Below, one piece after another: positions 56,676-64,000 of a DNA stretch of 64,000 nt (position 1 is its first letter; each line of letters begins with the position of its first letter). Below the pieces are notes generated by a model, which saw nothing but the letters and a program-made list of their open reading frames with translations, did no database searches and was not told the DNA's origin. Both the position numbers and the translations under genes were made by a program. The DNA comes from the human T2T-CHM13v2.0 reference genome, Homo sapiens. The stretch lies in NCBI RefSeq assembly GCF_009914755.1, contig NC_060931.1; one strand, 5' to 3'.

Positions 56676-57793
56676 CACTAACTAATAGTTCAAAAGCTAT
56701 TTTTTAATTTTAAATTTTGATTCACCTCATGTTGTCCACTTCAGCCTGGGACTAAAACTCCTTTTGTTCTTTCCTCCTCCTCTTCTCTATCTTTTCCTCT
56801 TGCCAATTTTTTTGAGACTTTTATCAGCTATTCCCTGTCTGGAAGATTATATGCCAGATGTCTTACATGCCAAGACTGTGCTTATAGTAACCCTACATCA
56901 TTCAGCGTTGAATGAGAGGTCAAAAGCATAAGAACGTGATCACAGGCTTTACCATGGCAGGTAACAAAATGAAGGAGAGGAGGAAGAGGCAGAGGAAAGC
57001 ACTGGAAAGTGACACAGGTATAGAGGCAAACTAGCGCTCAGGAAAGAAGGCTGCAAGTTAGATGTCCTGGTCAAAAGCCAATAACTCTTGCACACATGCT
57101 CTTTTTTATCTCCCAACTAGTCAGGTTCCTTCACAGAGTGCCTTTCTAGAAAAGGGAGGGAGATAAGAAAGAAGCTGGGAGAAACACAGACAGGCTTCAG
57201 GGATTCTAGACCAACCTACCAGGCTTCTCCAAGGAGTCAAACTTAGGGGAAGGTATGGTGTGATGTCAGGGACAACAGGAAGGATTCTGTCAGGAATTCT
57301 CCTGGTATTATGCCTACAGAACCCCTTGACAAGGCAGTTGTAATTATTTTAACTTTTTTTTTTTTTTTTTGCATCAAACTAACCAAACTTGGACATTTAT
57401 TTTAGCTCTTTATGACAGCATGCTTTGGTATTCTTCTGGATTGTGTGAGAATGTACTTGAGGAACAGTTTCCTTTCATTTAGGTCTACCAAGATTTCTTC
57501 TGTCCTCTGAGTTCTCAAGTTTTTTTTTGCCAGATATTTTGCTTGTTTTCTTTTTGTTTTTTGTGTTTTTGTGTTTTTTTGTTTTTGTTTTCGTTTTTGT
57601 TTTTACCTCATTTTCCAGGCTCTTTCCTTGGATCTGGAATTGTTGACTGCACCAAGTTTTGGTGTCATTATCTGACTTTAATCATTTTCTTAAATCAACC
57701 TACAGGCATCCACACCTTAGAGAGGTTATCAGTTACCTAATAAACATTTCCTGCATACCAATGTCCAACATTCCTTTGAAAGCAACAGCATAG

Positions 57794-58534
<741 letters not shown>

Positions 58535-58929
58535 CATAGTTTGTTCATTTAAAAAATTAGTCTTAGGTAAAAAAAAAAACAACTTATTGCTAGAAAGAGC
58601 TCATACACTTACAAAAAAAATCTAATCACACCAACTTGTAAATAATAGCAAATCCTCTCAGTAATGGGAGCAAAGGCAGTTATAAAGAGAGGATAGTAAA
58701 GAAAAGCAAGGTAATCTTAGTTTCATGAAAGGGCACAAAAGTCAGGTTTAAATAAGACATAAGGAAGATTAAATAAAACTTGAATGACTTCACTATTTTG
58801 CCTAAAGCCAACTCTTTTTATTTTCAATTGTGAAGACAAGCTGGCACCCTGAGTAGGAGTATTTTAAGTTATGCACGGCTGTGCACAGTAGCACTTAAGA
58901 GGCAACATTGCCAGTCAGGCACTAAATCA

Positions 58930-59035
58930 TAAAATGTTAGGGCTAGAAGGGAATTCAGAAATCATCACTTCCAACTTCCTAATTTTACAGATGAGGAAAC
59001 TGGGACCAAAAGAGGTTAAGCAACTTGCCCATATC
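58930..59035 (-). mobile_element. MIR core
   Basis: attttacagatgaggaaactgggaccaaaagaggttaagcaacttgccca. Confidence 0.85.
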
Positions 59036-59709
59036 AGAAATAATGATTCTGTGCATAGAAGCAATCAGCCACATCATTAGCCCAATGACTTGAGGGCTAG
59101 CTGCTCCATAGCTACAGCTTGGAGAGTTAAAACCATTTTCATTGGATTTCAGAAGCTGAAATGCAAGTTTTGTTTGTTTGTTTGTTTGTTTTCTGAATAT
59201 TTATTTCTTGCCTTAAAGGGAAAATGTTTGCTGTCTTTGGACTTCTTGTTCATTCTCTCTGCCTTCTCTCTGCTAACTCTTTCAATTTTTGTAGTAATGG
59301 AAGCTGATTTAATTGGCTAGGACTACAAAATATCTTCTAATCAACATTACCAGAGAATAAATTTTTAGCACATATTTTCTGTAAATATGTTTTCTTCCTT
59401 TTATTTTATTACTTCATTGTCATTTAACCAATGCCTTTAAGTTCGCGTTAGCATAAAAAAGAAGTATTTATTTCCAGAGCCTATGATGATTTTGCAAAGA
59501 TGATGCAGGTCTTAGGGACTTCTGTTCATATTTTTTCCCCCACTTCATGATAACTCTTAATCTATAACACGTATTTGTACTTCCCAGAGTTTTTTTAAGG
59601 CTAGCAATATCCACTTCTATGATAGAAACTGCATTATTTGTCTATCCCACTAGTTATCAGGCTGGAGAATTGGGGTTGAGGATAATAGAGGAATGAAGTA
59701 CAATTCCCT

Positions 59710-59900
59710 AAAGAACTTTGCAAAATTACATATTCCCACTCAGATCTCAATTACACTCCCTGGAAGATTCTGATAAGTCCTTTTTTTGCTACATCACTCT
59801 CTATCTCTATCAGAAGCTCTGGGAGTGGGTCCAGCAATCTGTTTTAACAAGCCCTCCCAATGATGGTGATGCTCACTAAACTTTCAGAAGCACAGCTACA
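59710..59900. mobile_element. MER5A-like remnant
   Basis: atcagaagctctgggagtgggtccagcaatctgttttaacaagccctccca.tgatggtgatgctcactaaactttcagaagcac. Confidence 0.7.
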
Positions 59901-59996
59901 GAGTGTAGTTCCCAAACTAATAATGCTAATTTTCATGTGGAACATCTCGGTTAAAATAACTTTTACTTTCATCAGGTGTATATTCTGGGTCTTTTC

Positions 59997-63335
<3,339 letters not shown>

Positions 63336-63676
63336 TAAGCAAGTCTATAGGACTGAAGGTTACAGTGTTTGTTCCAAAGAGGATCTTTTCTCCTCAGCAC
63401 CTTCCATGGGCACTAGGCAGTCTCCACTGCAGGTTTCCTGAGGCCAGCCCAAAATGCTCCTGTAATGAGGGCAGAAACTTATTACTTTAGGCTATCCTAA
63501 AGCACTTATAAAATCACTGCATACAGCATTAGTAGGGAAGTGCAAAACTAACTTCATTCTGTATAATGTTTATTTTTAACTTTAAAATCCTAAGATATTC
63601 TAGTGGTAACTTGGGATCTCTTATACAGCCAGATTTTACAAGTAGAAAGAAAAAAGCATTCTACTTACAAAGGTCT

Positions 63677-63679
<3 letters not shown>

Positions 63680-63712
<33 letters not shown>
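63680..63712 (+). repeat. T33 mononucleotide tract
   Basis: 33 consecutive T, counted directly. Confidence 0.97.
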
Positions 63713-63715
<3 letters not shown>

Positions 63716-64000
63716 AAAACTGAAGAAATAGTTTCAGCTTATATAGATACTTCCTCTGAGTGTGGGTGTCAATGTGTATATCCCTATGTATTTGGACGAA
63801 TACAAATAAGAGTTTGTGGATGTGCCTATTTGATTGGACAGATCTCTATGTTTAGTCAACACAAACCTATGTTCAGCTGTAAGTAGGTATAGAGGTGTAC
63901 TTCTTCTTGAAAGCATTCCTAAAATATATGCAAGACTAACGAGGTATTTGCTAAAGGATCTGTATATGGATGCCTTAGGTGTGATTTTTAAACAAGGGTG

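Noticed and set aside
63675-63720. T33 as an orphan poly(A) retro-insertion
   Set aside because: Only a 5-bp ctaaa match on the flanks; no credible TSD.

Overview
This is AT-rich, repeat-dense primate DNA, almost certainly human: it carries an Alu with the diagnostic pattern of the human AluYd8 lineage. I see no supportable protein-coding exon, RNA gene or CpG island. The only gene-derived sequence is a full-length processed pseudogene of PSMC1 (proteasome ATPase Rpt2/S4, ~11013-12622), with a target-site duplication (TSD), a decayed poly(A) tail, two -1 frameshifts and one premature stop. The rest is layered transposon history: ten Alus (all on the + strand), a nested L1 cluster at 21.6-34.3 kb including a near full-length L1PB, a twin-primed 5'-inverted L1PA2/3 (60.0-63.3 kb), solo LTRs with intact TSDs (MER11, LTR10C-like, MSTB), MaLR, MIR, L2 and hAT relics, and several microsatellites. 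I found no convincing new biological system. The most unusual items are retrotransposition oddities: two Alus under one TSD, a de novo ATG reopening the HbYX-bearing C-terminal part of the PSMC1 retrocopy, a 90-bp duplication bracketing a foreign insert inside an L1, and fold-back inversions at (TA)n tracts. Repeat subfamily names come from my recall of consensus sequences, not from a search. Boundaries of old repeats are approximate.
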